Shown here in pieces: positions 39,408-47,766 of a DNA stretch of 64,000 nt (the first letter of the stretch is position 1; each line of letters begins with the position of its first letter). The stretch is from an uncultured Acidimicrobiia bacterium. Its GTDB lineage: Bacteria > Actinomycetota > Acidimicrobiia > Spongiisociales > UBA5794. Made by a program: the position numbers and the translations under genes. The stretch covers positions 38,771 to 102,770 of the forward strand of contig CAVPHV010000021.1 of the NCBI GenBank assembly GCA_963704825.1, in the 5' to 3' direction. The notes under the pieces were generated by a model that made no database searches, was not told where the DNA came from, and worked only from the letters and a program-made list of their open reading frames with translations.

Positions 39408-41366
39408 GTGCAGTACGGATACGCAGGCAAAATCCTGCATGTCGACCTGACGAAGGGCACGCTCGACGTCGAGGAACCGTCCGACGACATCTACCGGACC
39501 TACATGGGCGGGAGCGCCCTCGGTCTCTACTACCTCTTCAAGAACACTCCAGCCGGCGCCGACCCCTACGGGCCCGAGAACACACTCGCCTTCATGCTCG
39601 CCGGGGTCACCGGAGCGCCCGTAGCCGGCCAAAGCCGAGCAACGGTCGTCGCCAAGTCACCTCTGACCGGCGGCGTCGGCGACAGCCAAGCCGGCGGCTT
39701 CTGGCCGGCCGAACTCAAGTTCGCCGGATTCGACGGGATCGTGGTGCGCGGGATCTCCCCCAAGCCCGTCTACCTGTGGATCAACCAGGGCGAAGTCGAA
39801 CTGCGCGACGCCGACCACCTCTGGGGCAAGACCACCCTCGAGGTCGACGAGATTCTGCAAGAGGAACTGGGCGACAAGCGGATCCAGGTCGCCCAGATCG
39901 GCCCGGCCGGCGAAAAGCTGGTTCGCTACGCCGCCATCATGAACATGCACGCCCGCGCTCACGGACGCACCGGAATGGGCGCCGTGATGGGAAGCAAGAA
40001 GCTCAAGGCGATCGTGGTTCGCGGCGGCAAGAAGAAGCTGCCGATGGCCGATCCCGACGGGCTCAAGAAGATCATGCAAGGGACACTGCCCAACATCCGA
40101 GGGGATGAGGACGTCTTCGATCTCGCCAAGTACGGGACCATCGGCATCCTGGAGAGCCAAAACGGCTCCGGCGGCCTCCCCACCCGCAACTGGCAGAGCG
40201 GATTCATGGGGTACGACCGCGCCGCGGCCATCGGCGGGGAACGGCTCTACGACGAGCTGTTGCGTGGTGCCCCCGAGGAGACCCAGTTCAAGCAGGGGCG
40301 CGAGACCTGCTACTCGTGTGCGGTGCGGTGCAAACGAGTCGTCCAGGCCGAGTGGGAAGAGCGGATGATCGACCCCGAATACGGTGGACCCGAATACGAA
40401 ACCGCGTCGACCTTTGGGTCGTATTGCGACATCGACGACCTCCACGCCGTCTCCTACGCCAATCAACTGTGCAACGAATACGGCGTCGACACCATCTCGG
40501 CCGGAGCCACGATGGCGTTCGCCATCGAGTGTTTCGAGCGGGGCCTGATCACGGTGGAGGACACCGGCGGTATCGAACTCGGCTGGGGCAAGGCGCCCGA
40601 GATGATCGCCATGCTCGAGTTGACGCTCAAGCGTGAGGGGTTCGGCGACATCCTCGCCGAGGGCTCGGCTGCGGCCGCCGCCCACATCGGCAACGGATCG
40701 ACGGACTTCCTGGTGACGTCGAAGGATCAGGAGTTCCCCGCTCACATGCCTCAGGTGAAGCCGTCGTTGGCCCTCATCTATGCGGTGAATCCCTTCGGAG
40801 CGGATCACCAATCGAGCGAGCATGACCCGATGTACACGCCCGAGGTCATTGCGGACTCCCCGGACAAGTATGGCAAGCGCATGGCCGATATCGGGTTGAC
40901 CGATCCGCAACCCGAGGACGTACTCAACGAGGAGAAGGTGCGCTACGCCCTCACCACCCAATACGCCTACTCAGCGCTCGACACCGCTGATGTGTGCCAG
41001 TTCGTGTTTGGGCCGGCCTGGCAGCTGATGGGGATGGAGGACCTCGCCGACATCGTGACAACCGTCACCGGGGAGGACACCACGGTTGATGATCTCCTCA
41101 CCATCGGGAAGCGCCGATTGAACCTGCTGCGAGCCTTCAACGCTCGCGAGGGCATAACCCGCGAACGCGATACCCTTCCGAAGCGCCTGTTCGAACCGCT
41201 CAGCGGTGGACCGTCGAATGGCAAATCGATCGACCAGAAAGAGTTCGAGGCGGCCCTCGCAATGTATTACCAACAGGCCGGTTGGGATCCGGTCACCGGG
41301 AACCCGCCCCGCGAGACACTCGAAAGCCTTGATCTTGGTTGGGTAGCCGACGAACTCGGCGTCTGA
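39408..41366 (+). CDS. aor: Aldehyde:ferredoxin oxidoreductase (tungstopterin AOR family)
   Basis: Motifs GYAGKILHVDL, AKSPLTGG, GRTGMGAVMGSKKLKAI, CYSCAVRC, GPEYET and CNEYGVDTIS. Confidence 0.93.
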   Translation: MQYGYAGKILHVDLTKGTLDVEEPSDDIYRTYMGGSALGLYYLFKNTPAGADPYGPENTLAFMLAGVTGAPVAGQSRATVVAKSPLTGGVGDSQAGGFWPAELKFAGFDGIVVRGISPKPVYLWINQGEVELRDADHLWGKTTLEVDEILQEELGDKRIQVAQIGPAGEKLVRYAAIMNMHARAHGRTGMGAVMGSKKLKAIVVRGGKKKLPMADPDGLKKIMQGTLPNIRGDEDVFDLAKYGTIGILESQNGSGGLPTRNWQSGFMGYDRAAAIGGERLYDELLRGAPEETQFKQGRETCYSCAVRCKRVVQAEWEERMIDPEYGGPEYETASTFGSYCDIDDLHAVSYANQLCNEYGVDTISAGATMAFAIECFERGLITVEDTGGIELGWGKAPEMIAMLELTLKREGFGDILAEGSAAAAAHIGNGSTDFLVTSKDQEFPAHMPQVKPSLALIYAVNPFGADHQSSEHDPMYTPEVIADSPDKYGKRMADIGLTDPQPEDVLNEEKVRYALTTQYAYSALDTADVCQFVFGPAWQLMGMEDLADIVTTVTGEDTTVDDLLTIGKRRLNLLRAFNAREGITRERDTLPKRLFEPLSGGPSNGKSIDQKEFEAALAMYYQQAGWDPVTGNPPRETLESLDLGWVADELGV

Positions 41367-41416
41367 CCAACCATCAAGGACCTACAACATCAACAGGACA
41401 AGGAGTCGGAGTAGCC

Positions 41417-41878
41417 ATGAAATGGTGGAAGTGGTGGGTGATGATCGGCGCAGTGGCGCTCCTGGCGAGCGCATGCTCCGGTGACGACGAAGCAGACGCC
41501 GAGACCGTGGACTTGCCGCCGCCCGCCGACGACGTGGTGCTGCGGGTGATCGTCGACCAAGAAATCGCCGCCGACTGGACCCTTGAGGAACTCGACTACA
41601 GCCTGCCGTTCGCCACGCTGACCCTCGATGGCGACGAGCAGGAGGGGCCGCTACTCCTCGAGGTACTGGAAGCATCAGGCGTCGTGGATTGGGAATCCAT
41701 GGAGGTGCTTGGTCTCGGCGAGGGTCGAACTTTTGAGGTGACCTTGTTCGTCAACGCACCCGAGGTCAACGAAACCTGGATTCTCGACGTTTCCAACCAG
41801 GGCACACTGAAGCTCGCCGCCGAGAATCTGCCGCGCGAGAAATGGGTACGAGACGTTGCCGAACTCCGGATCAACTGA
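41417..41878 (+). CDS. Lipoprotein, possibly with a molybdopterin-oxidoreductase-like fold
   Basis: Lipobox LASAC. Motifs WTLEEL, EGPLLLEVLEASGV and C-terminal KWVRDVAELRI. Confidence 0.65.
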   Translation: MKWWKWWVMIGAVALLASACSGDDEADAETVDLPPPADDVVLRVIVDQEIAADWTLEELDYSLPFATLTLDGDEQEGPLLLEVLEASGVVDWESMEVLGLGEGRTFEVTLFVNAPEVNETWILDVSNQGTLKLAAENLPREKWVRDVAELRIN

Positions 41879-42587
41879 CCGCGCCGTCATCGGCATCGAC
41901 GACACCGACACCCCCGATGAAGGAGGTACCGGGTGCCTGGCGCGCCGTCTCGTCGGTGAAGTCGAAGCGCTCGGCCTTGGCGTGTCGCTCGGCGTCACCC
42001 GACATCAGTTCTATCAGGGCCCAGAAGTCCCCAAGACGGCGCGCAACTCGGCTGCGGCCATCATCTTCCGCGAGCCGGCCGATCCCGAGGCACTGTTCGA
42101 GGCGGTGACGACCATCGTTTCCCGCGAGTCGATCCGGGGATCCAATCCCGGCGTCGCCATGCTCACCCGCAAGCCACCGCGCCCCGCCGTCCTGTTCGCC
42201 CGCCTCGCTCAGCAGACGATCGTCACTCAGGAGCAGACAGTCACGCTGGCCGCGGCCGTCGAGGTGACCCTGGCCGGCCTGGGCGGAACCGAGGGCGGCA
42301 TCATCGGCGCATTCGGCGCCGCCGTATTGAGAGGCGACGGCCGCGACGGCCGGTTTGTCGGGCTGCGCGGCATTCGCGACGTGTCCGGCGAAATGACCGT
42401 GGCCGATCTGATCGCTGCCACGGACATTGCGGCCGTGGTCAACGTCGACGGATGGGAACCGCTCGAAGCCGAGACAAGCCTCGACATCGGTGACTGGGTT
42501 CGTCCCCGGCTCATCGGGGGTCGTCCCGTCATCGTTGCCCGCGAGGAGAAGGGATCGTGGGTCAATGCAGACACACGCCGTCAGTAG
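41856..42587 (+). CDS. TiaS N-terminal-like (GIDDTD) protein
   Basis: IGIDDTD, VPKTARNS, SNPG and GIIGA resemble the catalytic domain of the agmatidine synthetase TiaS. Too short to include tRNA-binding domains. Confidence 0.6.
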   Translation: MPNSGSTDRAVIGIDDTDTPDEGGTGCLARRLVGEVEALGLGVSLGVTRHQFYQGPEVPKTARNSAAAIIFREPADPEALFEAVTTIVSRESIRGSNPGVAMLTRKPPRPAVLFARLAQQTIVTQEQTVTLAAAVEVTLAGLGGTEGGIIGAFGAAVLRGDGRDGRFVGLRGIRDVSGEMTVADLIAATDIAAVVNVDGWEPLEAETSLDIGDWVRPRLIGGRPVIVAREEKGSWVNADTRRQ

Positions 42588-43146
42588 AGCCACGGCAACC
42601 AGCCGGCCTCTCTACGTCGATGTTCTGCTCGCCCTAGCGATCGGGTTCGTCGCAGCCTTGGCCAAACGATATCTCGACTTCTCCCTCGGCATTCCCGGTC
42701 ACGCCGGAGTGGGGTGGATCGCGGTTTTGGTGCTCGGCCGGATCGTCAACCCGCGGCGCGGCATGGCCACCCTGGCCGGTATCTCGATGGGATTCTGGGG
42801 GATCCCAATCGGACTCGACCACTCCGTTGCCTACAACACGTTGCTCTATGGCGTCTCCGCCGGTCTGCTCGACATGCCGGTCGTGGCGCGGCTGCCGCTG
42901 CGTCGGCCCTGGGGCGCCGCAGTCGCGGGGATCATCGTGCACCTCGGCAAGTACGCCTTCGTCTTCATCAACGCTTGGGTATCAGGCATCGTCCGGCGCG
43001 TCGTCGTGTACGGCCTTGCCGCCGCCCTGGGCAACCACATCCTCTTCGGCGCCCTCGGCGGCTTGCTGGGATGGACGGTGTGGCGCAGCGGGAGGGCCAT
43101 CGCCTACAGGGTGCGGCCATCGCACCGCTCCATCGGCTCGGCGTAG
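42565..43146 (+). CDS. Integral membrane protein, ECF S-component-like
   Basis: About 5-6 hydrophobic helices, LGIPGHAG and NHILFGALGG. Confidence 0.6.
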   Translation: MQTHAVSRATATSRPLYVDVLLALAIGFVAALAKRYLDFSLGIPGHAGVGWIAVLVLGRIVNPRRGMATLAGISMGFWGIPIGLDHSVAYNTLLYGVSAGLLDMPVVARLPLRRPWGAAVAGIIVHLGKYAFVFINAWVSGIVRRVVVYGLAAALGNHILFGALGGLLGWTVWRSGRAIAYRVRPSHRSIGSA

Positions 43147-43154
43147 GTTCTGCG

Positions 43155-44660
43155 GTGGTGCAGGTTTCGATCCCCGGTGCATTGCGCAGATACGCCGCCG
43201 GGCACGAGACGGTTCCCGTTGCCGGCGCCACGGTGGCGGAAGCACTCCGGGCTGCTGCCGTCGCCCATCCCGACCTCCAGATCCGGCTCTTCGATTCGGC
43301 AGGAAGTCTCCACCCGCACCTGACGGTATTCCACGACGATGATCAGGTGCCGCGTGACGAGCTCGACTCGACCCCGGTCGGACCCGACGACCGCGTCGAT
43401 GTGCTGATCGCCATCGTCGGAGGCGCCGAGGATGTGCGGATGCGGGGGTTCCGGGATCGCGCAACCGTCGCGACGGCGCTCGCCACCGCTGTTGCCGGCG
43501 TCGAGCCGCTCCCGGCGGAATCGGTCGAAATCGCCGCCGCCGTCGGACGAGTGCTGGCAGAAGCCGTGGTGAGCGAGGTCGACGTGCCTCCCTTCCGGCG
43601 GGCCACGATGGATGGCTATGCGGTGTGGGCCGAGGCGACGTATGGAGCGTCGCCGTACAACCCGGCGGTGCTCGAGGTCGTCGGTGAAAGCATGCCGGGC
43701 ACCACTCCCCCGGACATGGTTGGACCGGACGCGGCGTGCCGCATCATGACGGGTGCCCCGGTTCCGCACAACGCCGACGCCGTCGTCCGGGCCGAGGACG
43801 CCACTGAACGCGGTTATCACGTCGAGATCACGGCGCCGGTAGCCACCGGCCGCAACGTGGGCCGGATCGGTGAGGACATCGCGATAGGCGCCGAGGTGCT
43901 GCCGGCAGGTCGGCGACTGCTCCCCCAGGACATCGGACTGCTCGCCTCGATCGGGCACGAGCCCGTCGCGGTACACCGCAGGCCTGCGGTGCGGATCATC
44001 GTTTCGGGAGACGAGTTGCTTGCGCCTGGGGCGCGACCTGGAGGCACCAGCATCGTCGACAGCAACTCACCGATGCTCGCCGCCCTCGTGGCCCGCGACG
44101 GCGGCGTCCCCACCGTCGTTCGGCTGCCGGACGACCGCGACGTCATGCGAGCTGCACTGGCCGAACCGGGTGCCGACGTGATCGTTACGGCCGGCGCAGC
44201 TTCGGTCGGACGCGAGGACAACGTCCCGTACCTGGTCGCCGAACTCGGCGAACTGACCATCCACGGTGTTGCCATGCGACCCTCGTCACCGAGTGGCGTC
44301 GGACGGATCGGCTCGGCGCCGGTGCTACTGCTGCCGGGAAACCCGGTCTCATGTCTCGTGGCGTACGACTTCTTTGCCGGACCGGTGATCCGCATCCTCG
44401 GCGGTCGCTCCGAGAGGTGGCCCTACCGCACGGTTCGGCTGCCACTGAGCAAGCGGATCGTGTCCCAGATCGGCCGCACCGACTACGCCAGGGTGACCGT
44501 GAAGGACGGCGCCGTTGAGTCGCTTGCAGTGAGCGGCGCATCGGTCCTTTCGTCCGTCACGCGCGCGACGGGGTTCGTTGTGATCCCGGCCGGTCTCGAG
44601 GGTTACCCGGAGGGCGCCGAAGTGGACGTCCACCTCTATGACGACGAGGCGGCATTGTGA
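43155..44660 (+). CDS. moeA: MoaD/ThiS-MoeA fusion protein
   Basis: N-terminal VQVSIPGALRRY...GATVAEAL...AIVGG (ubiquitin-like) reads in frame into MoeA motifs VDVPPFRRATMDGYAV, IMTGAPVP, SGDEL and LLPGNPVS. Confidence 0.85.
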   Translation: MVQVSIPGALRRYAAGHETVPVAGATVAEALRAAAVAHPDLQIRLFDSAGSLHPHLTVFHDDDQVPRDELDSTPVGPDDRVDVLIAIVGGAEDVRMRGFRDRATVATALATAVAGVEPLPAESVEIAAAVGRVLAEAVVSEVDVPPFRRATMDGYAVWAEATYGASPYNPAVLEVVGESMPGTTPPDMVGPDAACRIMTGAPVPHNADAVVRAEDATERGYHVEITAPVATGRNVGRIGEDIAIGAEVLPAGRRLLPQDIGLLASIGHEPVAVHRRPAVRIIVSGDELLAPGARPGGTSIVDSNSPMLAALVARDGGVPTVVRLPDDRDVMRAALAEPGADVIVTAGAASVGREDNVPYLVAELGELTIHGVAMRPSSPSGVGRIGSAPVLLLPGNPVSCLVAYDFFAGPVIRILGGRSERWPYRTVRLPLSKRIVSQIGRTDYARVTVKDGAVESLAVSGASVLSSVTRATGFVVIPAGLEGYPEGAEVDVHLYDDEAAL

Positions 44661-46591
44661 AGCAGCGGCAGTTCCTCGATGTTGTTGACGAAGCGCTTGC
44701 CCACGAGCGCTTCGACGCTGCGACCGCGCACCTCGCACCGCGCTTCGAACAGATCCCGCTCGACCAAGCTTCGGGACGGGTCCTCGGAGAGGACGTCGTT
44801 GCCGCGGTCGACGTACCCGGGTTTGATCGCAGCAACATGGACGGCTTTGCGGTGCGGGCCACCGACACTCACGGCGCCGAGGAACTCGAGCCGGTCGTCC
44901 TCGCCGTCGCCGACCTGTCTCTGGCCGCCGGGCAAGCCCCTCCCGCAGGGTTCGAGCTTGCGCCCGGCCAGGCCGTCCCCATCGCCACCGGCGCTGTGGT
45001 GCCGCGCGGCGCGGACGCGGTGGTGATGGTCGAGCACACCGAACCCGATGCTGCGGGGGTCAAGATCACCAGGCCGTCGGCACCGGGCGGAAACGTCACC
45101 TTCGCGGGGTCCGACATCGGCCGCGGCGAGATCGTGATGCGACGCGGAACTCGCCTCACGTCACGCGAGACCGGGGTGCTGGCCGCGGTCGGGGTTGCCG
45201 AGGTCACCGTCGTCCGCCGCCCAAGGGTTGCCGTCATCTCGACGGGCGACGAGATCGTGGCGCCGGGGCGGCCGATGGGCGTCGGACAGGTCTACGACTC
45301 CAACCAGCGCATCCTGCTCGACGCCGTTGCCGAACTGGGCGGGGAGCCGATCGGACGCGGCATCGTCCCCGACGACGAGCGCCTCCTCGAGGCGGCGATT
45401 GAGCCACTGCTCACCGGGCCTGATCCCGTTGATGCGGTACTGCTGTCGGGGGGCACATCGAAGGGCGAAGGGGACGTCAATGCCACCGTCGTACATCGTC
45501 TCGCCCAGAGGCTTCCCGACTCTGCAGGCGTTGTCGTCCATGGCGTCGCTCTCAAGCCGGGCAAGCCCATCTTGCTCGCCGTAGTTGCCGAGACGCCGGT
45601 CGTGGTCCTGCCCGGCTTCCCGACCTCGGCGATCTTCACGTTCCATGAGTTCGTCGCTCCCCTGCTCCGCCGTCTCTCGGGCCGAGTTGAGCCCGACCGG
45701 GCGGTGGTTGCAGCGGTGACGCCGCTGCGCATCACCTCGGTTCCCGGCCGGACCCACTACTCGCTGGTCGACCTTGTTGTCGGGTCAGATGGTCTCGCCG
45801 CGTACCCGCTCGGGGCAGGCTCGGGCAGCGTCACCGCATTCGGTCGAGCGGACGGCTTCATCAGGATCCCAGCCAACACCGAGTACGTTGCCGAGGGGGC
45901 GCGAGTCTCGGTTCATCTGCTCCACGCCGAGATCAGGCCGGCCGACCTCGCCGCCATCGGCAGCCACTGCATCGGACTCGACTACCTATTGGGCCTGCTG
46001 ACCGACGAAGGGTTTCGGGTCAAGATGGTGCCGGTCGGCTCGATGGGTGGGATCACCGCGGTCGGCCGCGGCGAGGCCGACGTTGCCGGGATTCACCTCA
46101 TGGACGGGGAAACGGGTGAGTACAACGCACCGTTTCTACCGCCAGGCGTCAGGCTGCTGCGGGGTTATCGGCGCCGTCAGGGAATCGCCTTTCGGAACGG
46201 GGATCCGCTCCTCGACGTCGCCGACGAGGAGGCCCTGTTCGCTGCAGTCCGGCAGGGTTCCGTGCGCATGGTCAATCGCAACCCCGGGGCGGGGACCCGG
46301 ATCATCATCGATCAGCTCCTGGAGGGCCGCACCCCCGACGGATACCTCCACCAGGCCAAGACCCACCACTCCGTCGCCGCCGCCGTCGAACAGGGTCGCG
46401 CCGACTGGGGCGTCACGCTCGATACGGTGGCCGCCTCGGCCGGCCTGGGCTTTCACTTCCTCCAAGACGAGCTCTACGACTTTGCGGTCCCCGAGTCACG
46501 CTGGGACCGCCCGGCGGTCGTGGCCTTCCGCGCCCTGCTCGACGACCCCAAAATAGCGGCCGGCCTGCGCACCCTCGGCTTCGAGCGCTAG
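44657..46591 (+). CDS. moeA: MoeA with C-terminal periplasmic-binding-protein-like (molybdate/tungstate) domain
   Basis: Motifs DVPGFDRSNMDGFAV, STGDEI, SGGTSKG and LPGFPTSA, then GSHC, GSMGG and NRNPGAGTR. Confidence 0.9.
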   Translation: MKQRQFLDVVDEALAHERFDAATAHLAPRFEQIPLDQASGRVLGEDVVAAVDVPGFDRSNMDGFAVRATDTHGAEELEPVVLAVADLSLAAGQAPPAGFELAPGQAVPIATGAVVPRGADAVVMVEHTEPDAAGVKITRPSAPGGNVTFAGSDIGRGEIVMRRGTRLTSRETGVLAAVGVAEVTVVRRPRVAVISTGDEIVAPGRPMGVGQVYDSNQRILLDAVAELGGEPIGRGIVPDDERLLEAAIEPLLTGPDPVDAVLLSGGTSKGEGDVNATVVHRLAQRLPDSAGVVVHGVALKPGKPILLAVVAETPVVVLPGFPTSAIFTFHEFVAPLLRRLSGRVEPDRAVVAAVTPLRITSVPGRTHYSLVDLVVGSDGLAAYPLGAGSGSVTAFGRADGFIRIPANTEYVAEGARVSVHLLHAEIRPADLAAIGSHCIGLDYLLGLLTDEGFRVKMVPVGSMGGITAVGRGEADVAGIHLMDGETGEYNAPFLPPGVRLLRGYRRRQGIAFRNGDPLLDVADEEALFAAVRQGSVRMVNRNPGAGTRIIIDQLLEGRTPDGYLHQAKTHHSVAAAVEQGRADWGVTLDTVAASAGLGFHFLQDELYDFAVPESRWDRPAVVAFRALLDDPKIAAGLRTLGFER

Positions 46592-46601
46592 AGGTCCCAA
46601 T

Positions 46602-46656
46602 CCGTTCTTGCGTGGTTCAGGCGCGCTTTTCGGTACCCCAGCCACGCAAGAACAGG
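46602..46656. repeat. REP-like imperfect palindrome, copy 1
   Basis: gttcttgcgtggtt...ggtacc...gccacgcaagaac. Confidence 0.8.
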
Positions 46657-46692
46657 AAGGGGTTGAATTCGACGCTGTGATTTGGTCCTCTG

Positions 46693-47652
46693 ATGGCGAT
46701 GCTCGATATCGACGCTCGAATTGGCCGACTGGCCCGTCTCCAACATGGAGTCGTGAGCACAGCGCAATGCAGCGACCTCGGGATGCGGAAGCGCCAAGTG
46801 AGCGAACGGGTCAGATCTGGAGTCCTCCTCCGCCCCTTCGAGGACGTCGTTGCGCTCGCCGCCGTGCCGCCGACTTGGAAGCAGAAGGTGATGGCGAGTG
46901 TGCTCGCAGCGGGCAACGATGCGCTTGCCTCCCACCGGACCGCGGCCTACCTGTGGGGGCTGACCTCGTACCAACATCCCACCATCGAGGTCGTCATGCC
47001 ACGCTGGGAGCGAGCGTTTCGCGAGTTCACGGTCCATGAGTCGCTCGATCTGATCGCCAAAGATCGGAGGGAGACGGATGGCATCCCGACAACGTCGCCG
47101 GAAAGGACAGTGGTCGACCTGGGTGCAGTTGCCCCGTGGTTGGTGGAGTCGGCACTCGATACCGGCATTCGCAAGGGCCTCTTCAAGCTTGTCGATGTCC
47201 AGGCATTCGTGAACCGAGTGGCACGCCGCGGCCGTCGCGGCGTGGGCGTGATCAGGCCATTCCTCGAAGCTCGCAGAACGTGGGACGCGGCGACGGAAAG
47301 CGCACTCGAAGATCTGTTCTGCCGAGTCCTGGCAGAGTACAACGTTCCCCTTCCCGTCGCTCAGTTCGTCCTCCGCAACGATGCCGACGCCTTTGTGTGC
47401 CGGGCCGACTTCGCGTATCCCCATCGCAGGATCCTGATCGAACTCGACAGCGAGGCACACCACATGGATCGTCAGACGTTCCGCCGCGATCGCGCCAAGC
47501 AGAACCAGACCGGCCGTTTGGGCTGGCGCACCCTCCGCTACACCTGGTGGGATCTCACAGAAACCCCATGGCGGGTAGCCGACGACATCAGGGCGCTTCT
47601 CGATCCCCTGCCGCACGAACAGCCGCACGAACAAGCGCACGAACAAGCGTGA
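46693..47652 (+). CDS. AbiEi-like N-terminus + DUF559/Vsr-like endonuclease protein
   Basis: LARLQHGVVS, ASHRTAAYLWGL, GIPTTSPERTVVDL, ESALE, RADFAYP...IELDSEAHH and RDRAKQN...GWRTLRYTW. Confidence 0.85.
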   Translation: MAMLDIDARIGRLARLQHGVVSTAQCSDLGMRKRQVSERVRSGVLLRPFEDVVALAAVPPTWKQKVMASVLAAGNDALASHRTAAYLWGLTSYQHPTIEVVMPRWERAFREFTVHESLDLIAKDRRETDGIPTTSPERTVVDLGAVAPWLVESALDTGIRKGLFKLVDVQAFVNRVARRGRRGVGVIRPFLEARRTWDAATESALEDLFCRVLAEYNVPLPVAQFVLRNDADAFVCRADFAYPHRRILIELDSEAHHMDRQTFRRDRAKQNQTGRLGWRTLRYTWWDLTETPWRVADDIRALLDPLPHEQPHEQAHEQA

Positions 47653-47764
47653 TCAAGGTACGGAAAACGGTACCCGAGCCACGCAAGAACAGATTGCGCC
47701 AGCCCCCAAGCCGTTTCGGCGTGGTTGGAGCGCGGTTTTTGGTACCGCAACCACGCAAGAACGG
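47644..47764. repeat. REP-like palindromes, copies 2 (degenerate, about 47644-47692) and 3 (47711-47764)
   Basis: Both contain ggtacc and end in ccacgcaagaac. Copy 3 starts ccgtttcggcgtggtt. Confidence 0.75.
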
Positions 47765-47766
47765 GT

